Shown: in pieces, positions 16,529 to 24,761 of the stretch
Position numbering within the stretch: the stretch's first letter is position 1
How the letters are laid out: each line of letters opens with the position of its first letter
DNA from: a virus
Taxonomy: Duplodnaviria; Caudoviricetes
Direction: 5' to 3' (one strand)
IMG/VR virus record: IMGVR_UViG_3300049448_000339
Span: 1-27,412 of that record
DNA: 27,412 bases
Notes under the pieces: model-generated
The model's input: only the letters and a program-made list of their open reading frames with translations
What the model was told of the DNA's origin: nothing
Databases searched by the model: none
Program-made: the position numbers and the translations under genes

Positions 16529-16557
16529 TTCCATTGTTAGACGTCTTGTGGTAGAAT
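16529..16557 (+). promoter_or_regulatory. Repeat-family promoter
   Basis: TTCCAT-17-TAGAAT with TGTGG. Confidence 0.8.
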
Positions 16558-16568
16558 TAGTCTATCAA

Positions 16569-17264
16569 ATGGAGAAAAAGATGATCACCGACAACTACAC
16601 CGAGACCCGGAAGCGCCTGGCCCAGTTCGTCCTGGACCGCATCGACACCGCTCTGCTCCGAGAGTCGGACGCGGAGGAGCTGAAGGCGTTGGCCGAGGGC
16701 AAGGACGCCCGGCTCTACGGCCTGGAGTTCCGACGGGACGCGGTCGGGTACGAGTCAGAGAAGTACGTCCCCCGCTGCGAGGCCACCCTCTACCTGGACC
16801 TGGAGTGCAACTGGGACTCGGGGCGGGTCGAGGACGAGAACGGGGACACCTACCGCAAGTACCACGTCAAGGCGGACGTGAGCTGGGCGAGCTGGGGTTC
16901 GACCGAGCCGAAGCTGGCCAAGCAGCGTCTGGCCCTGATGAACGAGGTCTGCACGCTGGCCGAGCAGATCGCCGAGGAGTTCAAGGAAGCCGTCCACCAC
17001 CTCTGGTTCACCAAGGCCGAGCTGGAGGAGAACCGCCGGAAGTCGGAGGAGGCCAAGCAGATCGCCTTCTACACGGCGCAGGTCACGTCCAACGCCTACC
17101 GCATGCTGGTCGGACACCAGCGGGTGGTGCAGCTACCCGGTCATGTCGGCCAGTGGGAAGGCCTCGTGGAGTGGCCGCGGCCGAACGGGGACGTCTGGCA
17201 GTTCATGACGAAGGTGAACGACGCCCACTGCATCTTCACTCGGACCGAGAACAAGAAGTCCTAG
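16569..17264 (+). CDS. Hypothetical protein
   Basis: Long ORF after a promoter; start at 16569 or 16581. Confidence 0.75.
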   Translation: MEKKMITDNYTETRKRLAQFVLDRIDTALLRESDAEELKALAEGKDARLYGLEFRRDAVGYESEKYVPRCEATLYLDLECNWDSGRVEDENGDTYRKYHVKADVSWASWGSTEPKLAKQRLALMNEVCTLAEQIAEEFKEAVHHLWFTKAELEENRRKSEEAKQIAFYTAQVTSNAYRMLVGHQRVVQLPGHVGQWEGLVEWPRPNGDVWQFMTKVNDAHCIFTRTENKKS

Positions 17265-17350
17265 CTCCCGCTCCGACACGTGCTCCCGCCAGTCTGGGTA
17301 CATCAGATCCAGACTATTGGTTTCTTTTTGTCCAACCACTGCGCTCCTCC

Positions 17351-17361
17351 TGTGGTATAGT
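17351..17361 (+). promoter_or_regulatory. Extended -10 promoter
   Basis: TGTGGTATAGT. Confidence 0.7.
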
Positions 17362-17369
17362 ACATCTTC

Positions 17370-17579
17370 ATGAGGAAGAAAACAACCGCCCTAGCCCGAG
17401 TCATACCCCTGAACGGAACCAAGATCGTCCGCCAGACGTGCACCCAGTGCGGGATGCCGGGACACAACCGGCTGTCCTGTCACAAGGTCACGCCTGAGGC
17501 GCTCGAGGTGACGCTCAAACGTCTGGTCATGGAGCTCGGTCTCGAGACCCTGACCAAGATCGTGCGTCGCCCTGCCTAG
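17370..17579 (+). CDS. CCHC zinc-knuckle protein
   Basis: CTQCGMPGHNRLSC = CX2CX4HX4C. Confidence 0.7.
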   Translation: MRKKTTALARVIPLNGTKIVRQTCTQCGMPGHNRLSCHKVTPEALEVTLKRLVMELGLETLTKIVRRPA

Positions 17580-17636
17580 CCCACCGCGGCCGGTAGTTCC
17601 CGGTCTGCCGGCCGTTCTACGGGAGTGAGCGGGAGC

Positions 17637-17704
17637 CCCTCCGAGGCCCTCACAGGTTGGTGGCCAGTAACCACCTTGCCTGTGTTGTAGAGGGCCTCGG
17701 AGGG
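17637..17704. repeat. Long inverted repeat / hairpin between convergent genes
   Basis: 15-bp perfect arms CCCTCCGAGGCCCTC/GAGGGCCTCGGAGGG plus inner ACAGG/CCTGT and GGTGG/CCACC stems. Confidence 0.8.
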
Positions 17705-17711
17705 AGCTGGG

Positions 17712-17936
17712 TTAATTCAGGACCGGAGCGGGGTCGATGGGGAAGGACACATCGGCGCCCACCAGGTCAGCCGACTGGAAGTAGATGGTACCGCCCTCGA
17801 TGTGAGGCGCGCGAATGAGAACCGCCTCGACCTGATCCTCGTCATTCCGCTCGATGCCAACCACCTCGCCGTCGAGGGGGAACCGGACATCGAAGGTCAC
17901 TCGAACTCGCTTCGTGATGGATACGCCGTTCAGCAT
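17712..17936 (-). CDS. Hypothetical protein (SH3-like beta protein)
   Basis: AGGAG RBS and its own minus-strand promoter. Confidence 0.65.
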   Translation of the reverse strand: MLNGVSITKRVRVTFDVRFPLDGEVVGIERNDEDQVEAVLIRAPHIEGGTIYFQSADLVGADVSFPIDPAPVLN

Positions 17937-17981
17937 CTGGTCTCCTGGGGCGGTTGGCTTCTATTGCCACCGTATGAAATC

Positions 17982-18010
17982 ATTGTAACACAGTATGACA
18001 ATTATGTAAA
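17982..18010 (-). promoter_or_regulatory. sigma70-like promoter
   Basis: TTTACA-17bp-TACAAT with extended TG on the minus strand. Confidence 0.75.
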
Positions 18011-18098
18011 CACTTTTGTTGGTATTCCAAATTACCAAAACGATTAAATAATCGTCGGCAGCACTTTCGGGTTCCCAGTGTCACCTACACTTTTCTCC

Positions 18099-18127
18099 TT
18101 CCCTTCATGAGCGTCTTGTGGTAGATT
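18099..18127 (+). promoter_or_regulatory. Repeat-family promoter
   Basis: TTCCCT-17-TAGATT with TGTGG. Confidence 0.8.
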
Positions 18128-18150
18128 AGAACCATGGCCAAGGAGATTCT

Positions 18151-18519
18151 ATGAGCAGGAGCTACAGCGTGATCCACACCCGGGAGACCTGCCCCAAGCA
18201 CGGGCACGCCTCGGCAGAGTGTGGGGAGTTCTGCGAGCTGGTGGAGGAGGTCTACGAGGTGGAGGGCCTGGTCAGCGCCTACGTCCACGCCAGGATCTCC
18301 GGTCCGCCGGAGGACTGCTACCCGTCCGAGGGCGGGGAGGTGGAGATCGACAGCGTGGACCTGATCGTCGACAAGACCCGCACCCCGGTCCCTGACTGGG
18401 AGAAGCTCTTCACCCCCAAGGAGCTGGAGTCGATCGACCAGAAGCTGTTCGACGCCATGATGGACGATGACGGCGGCGATTATGAGCCGGACGATTACGA
18501 TGATGGGGACGACTACTAG
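18151..18519 (+). CDS. Acidic hypothetical protein
   Basis: AGGAG RBS; GPPEDCYP.EGGEVEI motif; Asp-rich tail. Confidence 0.75.
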   Translation: MSRSYSVIHTRETCPKHGHASAECGEFCELVEEVYEVEGLVSAYVHARISGPPEDCYPSEGGEVEIDSVDLIVDKTRTPVPDWEKLFTPKELESIDQKLFDAMMDDDGGDYEPDDYDDGDDY

Positions 18520-18629
18520 CGTGTTTGCTACCTATTATATGGGGCACTTGTACCACACCTTCCTGCTGCACTTCATCCGCTGGTGGCCGCTGATCCAGCG
18601 TATCCTCCCGGGCAGCTGAAATTTCCTGT

Positions 18630-18658
18630 TGTACTTCTCGAACCTTCTGTAGTATAAT
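18630..18658 (+). promoter_or_regulatory. Repeat-family promoter (TGTAC class)
   Basis: TGTACT-17-TATAAT. Confidence 0.75.
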
Positions 18659-18670
18659 GGATCTTACAAG

Positions 18671-18949
18671 TTGCCGAGGAGCCTGAAAGTGGCGCTGTCC
18701 TGCACCGACTGTGGACTGGAACATGATCTCGACGGAGCCCCGGACATCGGGGAGTGCGTCTGCTGCGGCGGGGAACTGGTGGAAGACGACCAGCCTCCCG
18801 TGGATCGAGCGGCCAGGGTCAGGGAGATCATGGGCCGAACCATCGACAATCTCGCCGCAGTCCGCGGCACCACCCGGGAAGCCGTCCTGGCGACCATGGC
18901 AGCGAGGGGATACACCCAGCCCCGCCCAGCCAAGGGTGGACACAACTAG
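18671..18949 (+). CDS. Hypothetical Zn-ribbon protein
   Basis: CTDCG...CVCCGGEL; TTG start after a promoter (start uncertain). Confidence 0.55.
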   Translation: MPRSLKVALSCTDCGLEHDLDGAPDIGECVCCGGELVEDDQPPVDRAARVREIMGRTIDNLAAVRGTTREAVLATMAARGYTQPRPAKGGHN

Positions 18950-19112
18950 CTACATCACCGCTCTCTGCGCCTGCTGCCAGCCGGTGCGGTTCCCCATCCC
19001 TCAGGGGATGCACCACAAGATCGTGGCGGAGGTCCGCTGCGCCTGTGGGAAGACGGTGACGTACGTGTTTCCAGCAAAGCTCAGCAGGTTCTTCCTTTTG
19101 GAAGTGGACTGA
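18936..19112 (+). CDS. Small Cys-rich protein
   Basis: GTG start; CACC...CACG. Confidence 0.5.
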   Translation: MDTTSYITALCACCQPVRFPIPQGMHHKIVAEVRCACGKTVTYVFPAKLSRFFLLEVD

Positions 19113-19125
19113 ACAAGGAGAAGTC

Positions 19126-19470
19126 ATGGCCGACGAGAAGAAGAAAGAACGCAAGATCATCAAGATCGGTACGCACGGTCGGACGAACGCGAACACGTTC
19201 AACCGTGGCCCGCTCCCCTACGCCCAGGGGTCGGACGAGAAGCCGAAGGAGACCCTCCAGGCGAAGGACAAGCAGGAGTGGAAGGCACGCAAGGCCAAGC
19301 GGCAGCTGCGCAAGGACCGTGCCCGCTCCGCCGCCAAGAAGGCCGGTGTCAAGATCGGTCGGTGGCAGGGTTCGGTGGCGTATGCCAAGGACGGCAGCAA
19401 GCGCTGCATCACCGTCGGCAGCCCCGAGATCGCCAATGGCTACGAAGTGGTACAGGGAGGTGACCAGTGA
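19126..19470 (+). CDS. Basic hypothetical protein
   Basis: AGGAG RBS; K/R-rich. Confidence 0.75.
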   Translation: MADEKKKERKIIKIGTHGRTNANTFNRGPLPYAQGSDEKPKETLQAKDKQEWKARKAKRQLRKDRARSAAKKAGVKIGRWQGSVAYAKDGSKRCITVGSPEIANGYEVVQGGDQ

Positions 19471-19889
19471 GCCGCGGAAAGAAAAGCTACCGTCAGCAGT
19501 CGGCCGAGGGCACGGTCAACCAGAAGGAGACCCGCGCGGCTCGGATCGTGGAGACCCGGGGCAGCCTCACCTTCGACAGCTACCTCTGCTGCAAGCACCA
19601 GTTCGTCAGCGTGAAGGCGGCGCAGGAAGACGAGCGGACGCTCATCAACAAGGTCATCCTGAAGCCGGGTCAGAAGCTGGAGTTCGAGTTCGTCTGCGCC
19701 GAGTGCGGTGCCGGCGCGACCTTCGGCGAGGTCTACGGGCGCCGCAAGGTGGTGGCCTACGACCGCGACTGGAACTTCGGCATCGCTCCCCCTCCTCCGA
19801 GCCGTGACGAACGTGAGGAGCGCGAGGCGGCCAAGCGGATCAGCCAGGCCAACGCCCCCGTGACCTGGGAAGACGGGATCTCCTCGTAA
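19467..19889 (+). CDS. Hypothetical protein
   Basis: GTGA overlap; CKH...CAECG. Confidence 0.75.
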   Translation: MSRGKKSYRQQSAEGTVNQKETRAARIVETRGSLTFDSYLCCKHQFVSVKAAQEDERTLINKVILKPGQKLEFEFVCAECGAGATFGEVYGRRKVVAYDRDWNFGIAPPPPSRDEREEREAAKRISQANAPVTWEDGISS

Positions 19890-19899
19890 TCTTTTGTCC

Positions 19900-19928
19900 T
19901 TCTCTTCTCGCTCCAATGGTGGTATAAT
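19900..19928 (+). promoter_or_regulatory. Repeat-family promoter
   Basis: TTCTCT-17-TATAAT with GTGG. Confidence 0.8.
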
Positions 19929-19934
19929 CTTCTT

Positions 19935-20108
19935 ATGATGAAGATGATATACGACCGCCCATCTCCCAGGCTCCGCAAGGAGCTCGGCACGGACACGCCG
20001 TCCGTAGTCATCCGCAAGAAGTACATCCCGCAGGAGGGCCGTCGGCCGTACCGGCTTCTCCTGAAGGTCATCTGCACCAGCGGCCAGATCGGATGGATCG
20101 ACCCATGA
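19935..20108 (+). CDS. 57-aa basic protein
   Basis: ATG 6 nt after a -10 box; ATGA overlap with the next gene; absent from the ORF track. Confidence 0.55.
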   Translation: MMKMIYDRPSPRLRKELGTDTPSVVIRKKYIPQEGRRPYRLLLKVICTSGQIGWIDP

Positions 20109-20314
20109 AGTCAGTTCCCTGGGACGTGCTCGAGAAGGTCGCGACCATCCTCGGTCCCAACTGCGCCGCGGCCAAATGTCTGGAAGAGGCCAAGGCCTTC
20201 CTCGACCTCAGCAAGACGGACGACCACATGCGCGTGGTCAACTTCTATAAGGACCTGCACGGCTACATCGTGATCGAGAAGATCGACACGGGGCCGGAGA
20301 TGATGGGCTCGTGA
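20105..20314 (+). CDS. Hypothetical protein
   Basis: Coupled ORF MKSVPWDVLEK... Confidence 0.65.
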   Translation: MKSVPWDVLEKVATILGPNCAAAKCLEEAKAFLDLSKTDDHMRVVNFYKDLHGYIVIEKIDTGPEMMGS

Positions 20315-20577
20315 CCATCTGGAAGTTCGTCATCGACGGGGAGGGTCTGATCGAGATCCCCTGCACCCACCGCTGTCTTTCGGTCGGGGAGCAGGAGGGT
20401 CGGATCGTGATGTGGGCCATCGTGGATCCCACCACCCGACCCGTTCCCAAGCAGATCTCAGTCATCGGCACCGGCTGGCAGGGCTGGACGATGGACGGCA
20501 TCAACGCGAAGCGGTTCATCGGCACGGTGCAGATGAGCGACGGCCTCGTGTTCCACGTGTTCGAGGACATGCGCTGA
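20311..20577 (+). CDS. Conserved phage hypothetical protein
   Basis: TIWKF...MWAIVD...GTG...IGTVQ...LVFHVFE family pattern. Confidence 0.75.
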   Translation: MTIWKFVIDGEGLIEIPCTHRCLSVGEQEGRIVMWAIVDPTTRPVPKQISVIGTGWQGWTMDGINAKRFIGTVQMSDGLVFHVFEDMR

Positions 20578-20708
20578 TGCATTTCTGTGGCGGGCTTGAC
20601 GACCTACTTTATCTCCTGATGTTCATACCGGGCCTGAGCTTCGCATTCGCCTGGCTACGAGCGAAGCTCCACCACAAGCACGACCACAAGGACTGCGACA
20701 ATGGCTAA
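20577..20708 (+). CDS. Small membrane protein with His-rich tail
   Basis: TGATG overlap; TM helix followed by HHKHDHKDC. Confidence 0.6.
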   Translation: MHFCGGLDDLLYLLMFIPGLSFAFAWLRAKLHHKHDHKDCDNG

Positions 20709-20901
20709 GACACATGTATCCGTGAACCTCGCTCCCCCGATGTTCCTTCTCTTCCTCGTGTTCCTCGTCCTCAAGCTGACGGGACACATCGACTGGAGCT
20801 GGTTCTACGTGACCATGCCGCTGTGGGGAGGGATCGCTCTCTTCCTCGTGGTCATGTTTTTCATCCTGCTCCTGGCTCTCATCGCGAGCATTCTGAGCTA
20901 G
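20701..20901 (+). CDS. Small two-TM phage membrane protein
   Basis: LVFLVLKLTGHIDWSWFYVTMPLW family motif. Confidence 0.75.
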   Translation: MAKTHVSVNLAPPMFLLFLVFLVLKLTGHIDWSWFYVTMPLWGGIALFLVVMFFILLLALIASILS

Positions 20902-20912
20902 CCCCATTGTCC

Positions 20913-20941
20913 TTCCCTTCTTGGGAGGGAAGAGGTATAAT
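20913..20941 (+). promoter_or_regulatory. Repeat-family promoter
   Basis: TTCCCT-17-TATAAT. Confidence 0.8.
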
Positions 20942-20947
20942 ACCTAT

Positions 20948-22105
20948 ATGACGACAACCAATGGCCTCCAGCTTCCTCGGCCCAACACCGGCGCCTACGC
21001 GGTGATCGAGCAGTTGGCCGCGCGCGACCTGACGTACACGGACGCCGTGCAGATCTATCGCATGGCCCGCCGCAACCTCTCGGGAATCTACCCGAACATC
21101 CGTCACGTCGGCTACACCATCACCCGGCTCCTCAAGAAGTACGGGTACAAGACGGGACCGTCGGGGACCAAGGCTCCCTGGAAGTTCCGCCCGCAGACGG
21201 TGGCCAGCTCCGGTCAGACGCTTCCGGACATCGACCAGGACGAGCGCTTCAGCCTGCCCGAGGATCTGGAGAAGGCTCCCGAGCCGGCCCTGACCGCCGA
21301 GGAGCTGAAGGAACACTTCCCGCTGGACTGCCTGGTCCGCTACGCCGGACCGCTCGAGCAGGACAAGGGCATCATGGGTCGGGTCGTCGCTCTCCCCGGC
21401 AACCCGTTCTACCGCACGGTCATGTGGTCCACGACCTCCGAGCGGGAGGACGTCTACTGCGATGACATCGAGCTCTACCGCGCGACCATCTCCGCCAAGA
21501 CGCGGGGGACGGACGACGTCGGTGGTGCCCACACCCGCCAGATCCTCCCCGGCTTCGAGATCGGGGACGTGGTGGAGTACATCGGTTCGGACTACGGGAC
21601 CCGCGGCAAGCGCGGGACCATCGTCGGCATCTACGGCCACCGCCGGCAGGTGAACTGGGGTCCGGCCCAGGGCCAGTCTTCGGAGAACCTCTCCGAGCTG
21701 AAGGCTGTGCAGTCGGAGACTCTGTTCGAGGCGCCCCTGCCGGTCGGGCAGTTCGTCTCCTGCAAGAAGAACGGCCTCACCTTCCCGGCGAAGGTCATGC
21801 TGGGCGCGATGAGCAACGGTCTCTACAAGGTCGTCTGCCCGAACGGCACCACCGAGTGGGTGAGCCGGGAGCAGATGACCCCCACCGAGGAGAAGGACGT
21901 GTATCAGGCGACCCCCGAGAAGCCCAAGTACGAAGGCGAACCCGAACCGTCCGCCCGCACCATCTCCCTCCGGGCCCAGCTCGCCGAGAGCGAGGAGAAC
22001 GACCGGGCCAAGCACTTCGCCCGTCTCGCCCTCCGCGGTCTGACCGACAAGCAGACCGAGGCGCTCTACGCAGTCCTCCGCGACGAAGTCTTCGGGGACG
22101 ACTAG
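20948..22105 (+). CDS. Multi-domain protein with tandem SH3/KOW-like repeats
   Basis: Three related beta modules (FPLDCLVRY, FEIGDVVEY, LPVGQFVSC); ATG 6 nt after a -10 box. Confidence 0.75.
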   Translation: MTTTNGLQLPRPNTGAYAVIEQLAARDLTYTDAVQIYRMARRNLSGIYPNIRHVGYTITRLLKKYGYKTGPSGTKAPWKFRPQTVASSGQTLPDIDQDERFSLPEDLEKAPEPALTAEELKEHFPLDCLVRYAGPLEQDKGIMGRVVALPGNPFYRTVMWSTTSEREDVYCDDIELYRATISAKTRGTDDVGGAHTRQILPGFEIGDVVEYIGSDYGTRGKRGTIVGIYGHRRQVNWGPAQGQSSENLSELKAVQSETLFEAPLPVGQFVSCKKNGLTFPAKVMLGAMSNGLYKVVCPNGTTEWVSREQMTPTEEKDVYQATPEKPKYEGEPEPSARTISLRAQLAESEENDRAKHFARLALRGLTDKQTEALYAVLRDEVFGDD

Positions 22106-22671
22106 TGGCGACGGGCTACACGTGGCCCGTCAAGGACGGGTCCGTACGGACGCTGAGCCAGTACCTCCGGAAGTTCCTGCACGGACGGGACGACGAGGAC
22201 CTCTACCAGGAGAGGGAGCCGGACCCGTACCACAAGGAGGCGCTGTTCAAGGCTCGTGAGGAGCTGGTCAAGGCACGCTCCATGACGGAGTTGGAGGCCG
22301 AGCGGGAGATCACGCGGATCCACACCCGCAACTCGGCGGCCCGCGAGGAGAGCATCGCGGAGACCAAGCTCTCCCTTCAGCGGTTCCACGACATGCTGGC
22401 CCGGGTGAAGGACTGGAACACCGAGGGAGACCCGGGCTGCGAGAGCATCAAGATGTACGCCGTCCAGCAGCTCGAGGAGTCCATCAAGTGGGAGGGTACG
22501 CCGGGCGACGGCTACGGCACCCACAAGCCGACCCCCAAGCAGTTCATCCAGGACGAGATCGCCGACGCCGAACGTGACGTGTTGTACCACGAGCGGGAGT
22601 ACGCCAAGGTCGTGGAACAGACGGCGGCCCACAACAAGACGATCAAGGTCCTACGAAAGACGATCGGATAA
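22105..22671 (+). CDS. Conserved phage coiled-coil protein (TGYT family)
   Basis: TAGTG overlap; N-terminal ATGYT...DG. Confidence 0.75.
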   Translation: MATGYTWPVKDGSVRTLSQYLRKFLHGRDDEDLYQEREPDPYHKEALFKAREELVKARSMTELEAEREITRIHTRNSAAREESIAETKLSLQRFHDMLARVKDWNTEGDPGCESIKMYAVQQLEESIKWEGTPGDGYGTHKPTPKQFIQDEIADAERDVLYHEREYAKVVEQTAAHNKTIKVLRKTIG

Positions 22672-22672
22672 C

Positions 22673-22963
22673 ATGGGACGGAAGTTCGAACTTGACGACA
22701 TGCAGCAGGCCCGTGCCGACGCCTGGTTCAAGCACCACTGGGAGGTCATCCACGCCAACTTCCATCCGAGGGAGATGAGCGGGGCCGCGGTGAAGTTCAC
22801 GATCATCCCGACGGGATGCGGGGACAACATCGACATGGAATGCATCTGGTGCAAGGAAGGCATGCCGGCCCGGAAGGTCGTGCTGACCGTCGGAGACGAC
22901 GGTGAGTTCATCTTCGAGTACGACGCCGACTGGAACAAGCTCAAGGCAAGCTGGGAACGATAG
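22673..22963 (+). CDS. Hypothetical protein
   Basis: Coupled ORF MGRKFELDD... Confidence 0.7.
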   Translation: MGRKFELDDMQQARADAWFKHHWEVIHANFHPREMSGAAVKFTIIPTGCGDNIDMECIWCKEGMPARKVVLTVGDDGEFIFEYDADWNKLKASWER

Positions 22964-22966
22964 TCC

Positions 22967-22995
22967 TTCCCTTTCGGTAGATTCTGTGGTATATT
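22967..22995 (+). promoter_or_regulatory. Repeat-family promoter
   Basis: TTCCCT-17-TATATT with TGTGG. Confidence 0.85.
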
Positions 22996-23001
22996 AAGAC
23001 C

Positions 23002-23250
23002 ATGCCCTACCGCTCCCCACCCACCAGGCCGTTCGGCCAACCCTGCCTCTGCACCCACTGGCTCAAGTTCACGCAGACGGAGTCGGCCAGGACGTGGCAG
23101 TGCTGCTCCTGCCGGCTGCACAACCACTTCCCCGTCCAGTTCTGCCAGGGCTGCCGTCATGCACGGGACCTCGTCAGAGGTGAGACGGACATCCTCCTGG
23201 TGGATCTAGGCCTGGCGCAGCTCGGGACCCGCTCGACCGGTCCGAGGTGA
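23002..23250 (+). CDS. Cys-rich hypothetical protein
   Basis: ATG 6 nt after a -10 box; WQCCSC...CQGC. Confidence 0.6.
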   Translation: MPYRSPPTRPFGQPCLCTHWLKFTQTESARTWQCCSCRLHNHFPVQFCQGCRHARDLVRGETDILLVDLGLAQLGTRSTGPR

Positions 23251-23265
23251 CGTAGAAAATAGTCC

Positions 23266-23294
23266 TTCCCTTCTGGTAGACTCCGTGGTATTAT
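23266..23294 (+). promoter_or_regulatory. Repeat-family promoter
   Basis: TTCCCT-17-TATTAT with GTGG. Confidence 0.8.
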
Positions 23295-23300
23295 TCTATC

Positions 23301-23507
23301 ATGGTCGCCATTCCAGGAAAGATCTATAGGCTGAAGACCGGCAGGACGAGCCGCTTCACCGACATCGTCATCGTCACGCTGGCCCACAGCTTCTACGAGA
23401 CTTCCAAGGAACTGGTCATCTACCGTTTTGCGGACACGGACCCGGAGACAGGCCTGTGCTACTACATGCCGCACTGGGAGTTCGCCAACCACTACGAGGA
23501 GACCTAG
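23301..23507 (+). CDS. DUF1653-like small beta-barrel protein
   Basis: PGKIYR...V.LA...ET.KELVIYR...YMP..EF. Confidence 0.6.
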   Translation: MVAIPGKIYRLKTGRTSRFTDIVIVTLAHSFYETSKELVIYRFADTDPETGLCYYMPHWEFANHYEET

Positions 23508-24083
23508 ATGAAAGACGTGCAGAAGTTCATGGACGAGCTGGCGACGCCCGAGGGTTTCATCAAGACGTTCGGGACCGAGGACTACTCGTGGGGCAAGGAG
23601 AAGGTCCTGCATCCCTCGGTGATCTTCACGAAGGGCACGGACATCGAGATCAAGATCGTCATCACCAGCCCCACCGACAAATACATGGCGGGCTCCGGCC
23701 ACACCAGCTTCAACACGAAGCTCGGCCGTCGGACCTTCGACCGTCGCGGGGTGGAGGACAGCTTCTATGTGGAGCCGGGTCTGGACGTGGAGAAGACGAA
23801 CGCGCAGGTCCTCCGTCAGATCGAGAAGGTGGCCGAGAGCGTCGCTCGCATGGAGCGGTCCAAGGCGATCCCCGTGCTCGGGTTCACCGTGACCCCCGAG
23901 GCCTTCGAGGAGATCAAGGCCAAGTTGGCCAAGGGCAAGTCCCACACCTTCACGCCGGCGGGCTTCGGCACCGGCTACGTCATCAGCAAGAAGCGCTCGC
24001 GGTTCGCTCGCTTCTGCGACCAGCAGGTCATCGACTTCTTCGGGGTGGGGGCACTCTACCAGGAGACCTTGGACTGCGACTAA
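23508..24083 (+). CDS. Hypothetical protein
   Basis: GAGGAG RBS; strong codon bias. Confidence 0.8.
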   Translation: MKDVQKFMDELATPEGFIKTFGTEDYSWGKEKVLHPSVIFTKGTDIEIKIVITSPTDKYMAGSGHTSFNTKLGRRTFDRRGVEDSFYVEPGLDVEKTNAQVLRQIEKVAESVARMERSKAIPVLGFTVTPEAFEEIKAKLAKGKSHTFTPAGFGTGYVISKKRSRFARFCDQQVIDFFGVGALYQETLDCD

Positions 24084-24097
24084 AGTAGAAATAGTCC

Positions 24098-24126
24098 TTC
24101 CCTTCTCGTTCATCTTGTAGTAGTAT
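24098..24126 (+). promoter_or_regulatory. Repeat-family promoter
   Basis: TTCCCT-17-TAGTAT. Confidence 0.75.
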
Positions 24127-24140
24127 AGAAAATAGGAGGA

Positions 24141-24446
24141 ATGAAAATGAAGCCCAACGAGATCTTGGCCGCGCTGCTGAAGCTGTCTCCCGATGAAGCC
24201 CGCCAGGTAATCAAAGAGGCGCACATGGTCCTGGATCGTAAGGCACGCAATGCCATCGACGAGGGCACGACCGTGGAGTTCACGGCGAAGGGCGGTGCCA
24301 AGATCCGTGGCACGGTCATCCGAGTGAACCGCAAGAACATCATCGTCACGGCGAGCATGGATCGCTACGGCCTGAAGACCCCGCGACCCGTGCGGTGGAC
24401 CGTATCCCCGAGCCTCCTGCGGGTGGTCGAAGCCGAGACGAAGTAG
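24141..24446 (+). CDS. Hypothetical protein with SH3-like C-terminal domain
   Basis: AGGAGG RBS; G.TVEF...GTVIRVNRKNI.V...W.VSPSLL. Confidence 0.75.
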   Translation: MKMKPNEILAALLKLSPDEARQVIKEAHMVLDRKARNAIDEGTTVEFTAKGGAKIRGTVIRVNRKNIIVTASMDRYGLKTPRPVRWTVSPSLLRVVEAETK

Positions 24447-24709
24447 TGCACTGCGACCTGGTCATCGTCTACTATAACGAGTGGACGGCCCTGTACGTCA
24501 ACGGCGTGCTACGCTACCAGAACCACAGCGTCGACGGCATCACTGCGCTGCAGGTCCTGGCGGAGACCATGGGCGGGATGAACTTCCGCATCACCTCCCT
24601 CAAGACCGGGAGCGCAGGCGAGCACGCAGAGCTGGACGCCGAGGACGGGAACGTGCCCGAGCTGCTGGCCGACATGGAACTTGACGGACCCCTCAGCGAG
24701 ATCGTCTAA
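24446..24709 (+). CDS. Hypothetical protein
   Basis: TAGTG overlap; EW.ALYVNG.L.YQNHS. Confidence 0.65.
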   Translation: MHCDLVIVYYNEWTALYVNGVLRYQNHSVDGITALQVLAETMGGMNFRITSLKTGSAGEHAELDAEDGNVPELLADMELDGPLSEIV

Positions 24710-24726
24710 ATCTTCTCACAATCCTA

Positions 24727-24755
24727 TGTACACCTGATAGACTCCGTGGTATATT
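24727..24755 (+). promoter_or_regulatory. Repeat-family promoter (TGTAC class)
   Basis: TGTACA-17-TATATT with GTGG. Confidence 0.85.
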
Positions 24756-24761
24756 AAGACC

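Noticed and set aside
1384-24224. Long minus-strand ORFs (e.g. 1384..2523, 3621..4526, 11278..12255, 20879..22015, 23157..24224)
   Set aside because: Antisense shadows of real plus-strand genes, expected from high GC3; no RBS, promoter or recognisable motifs
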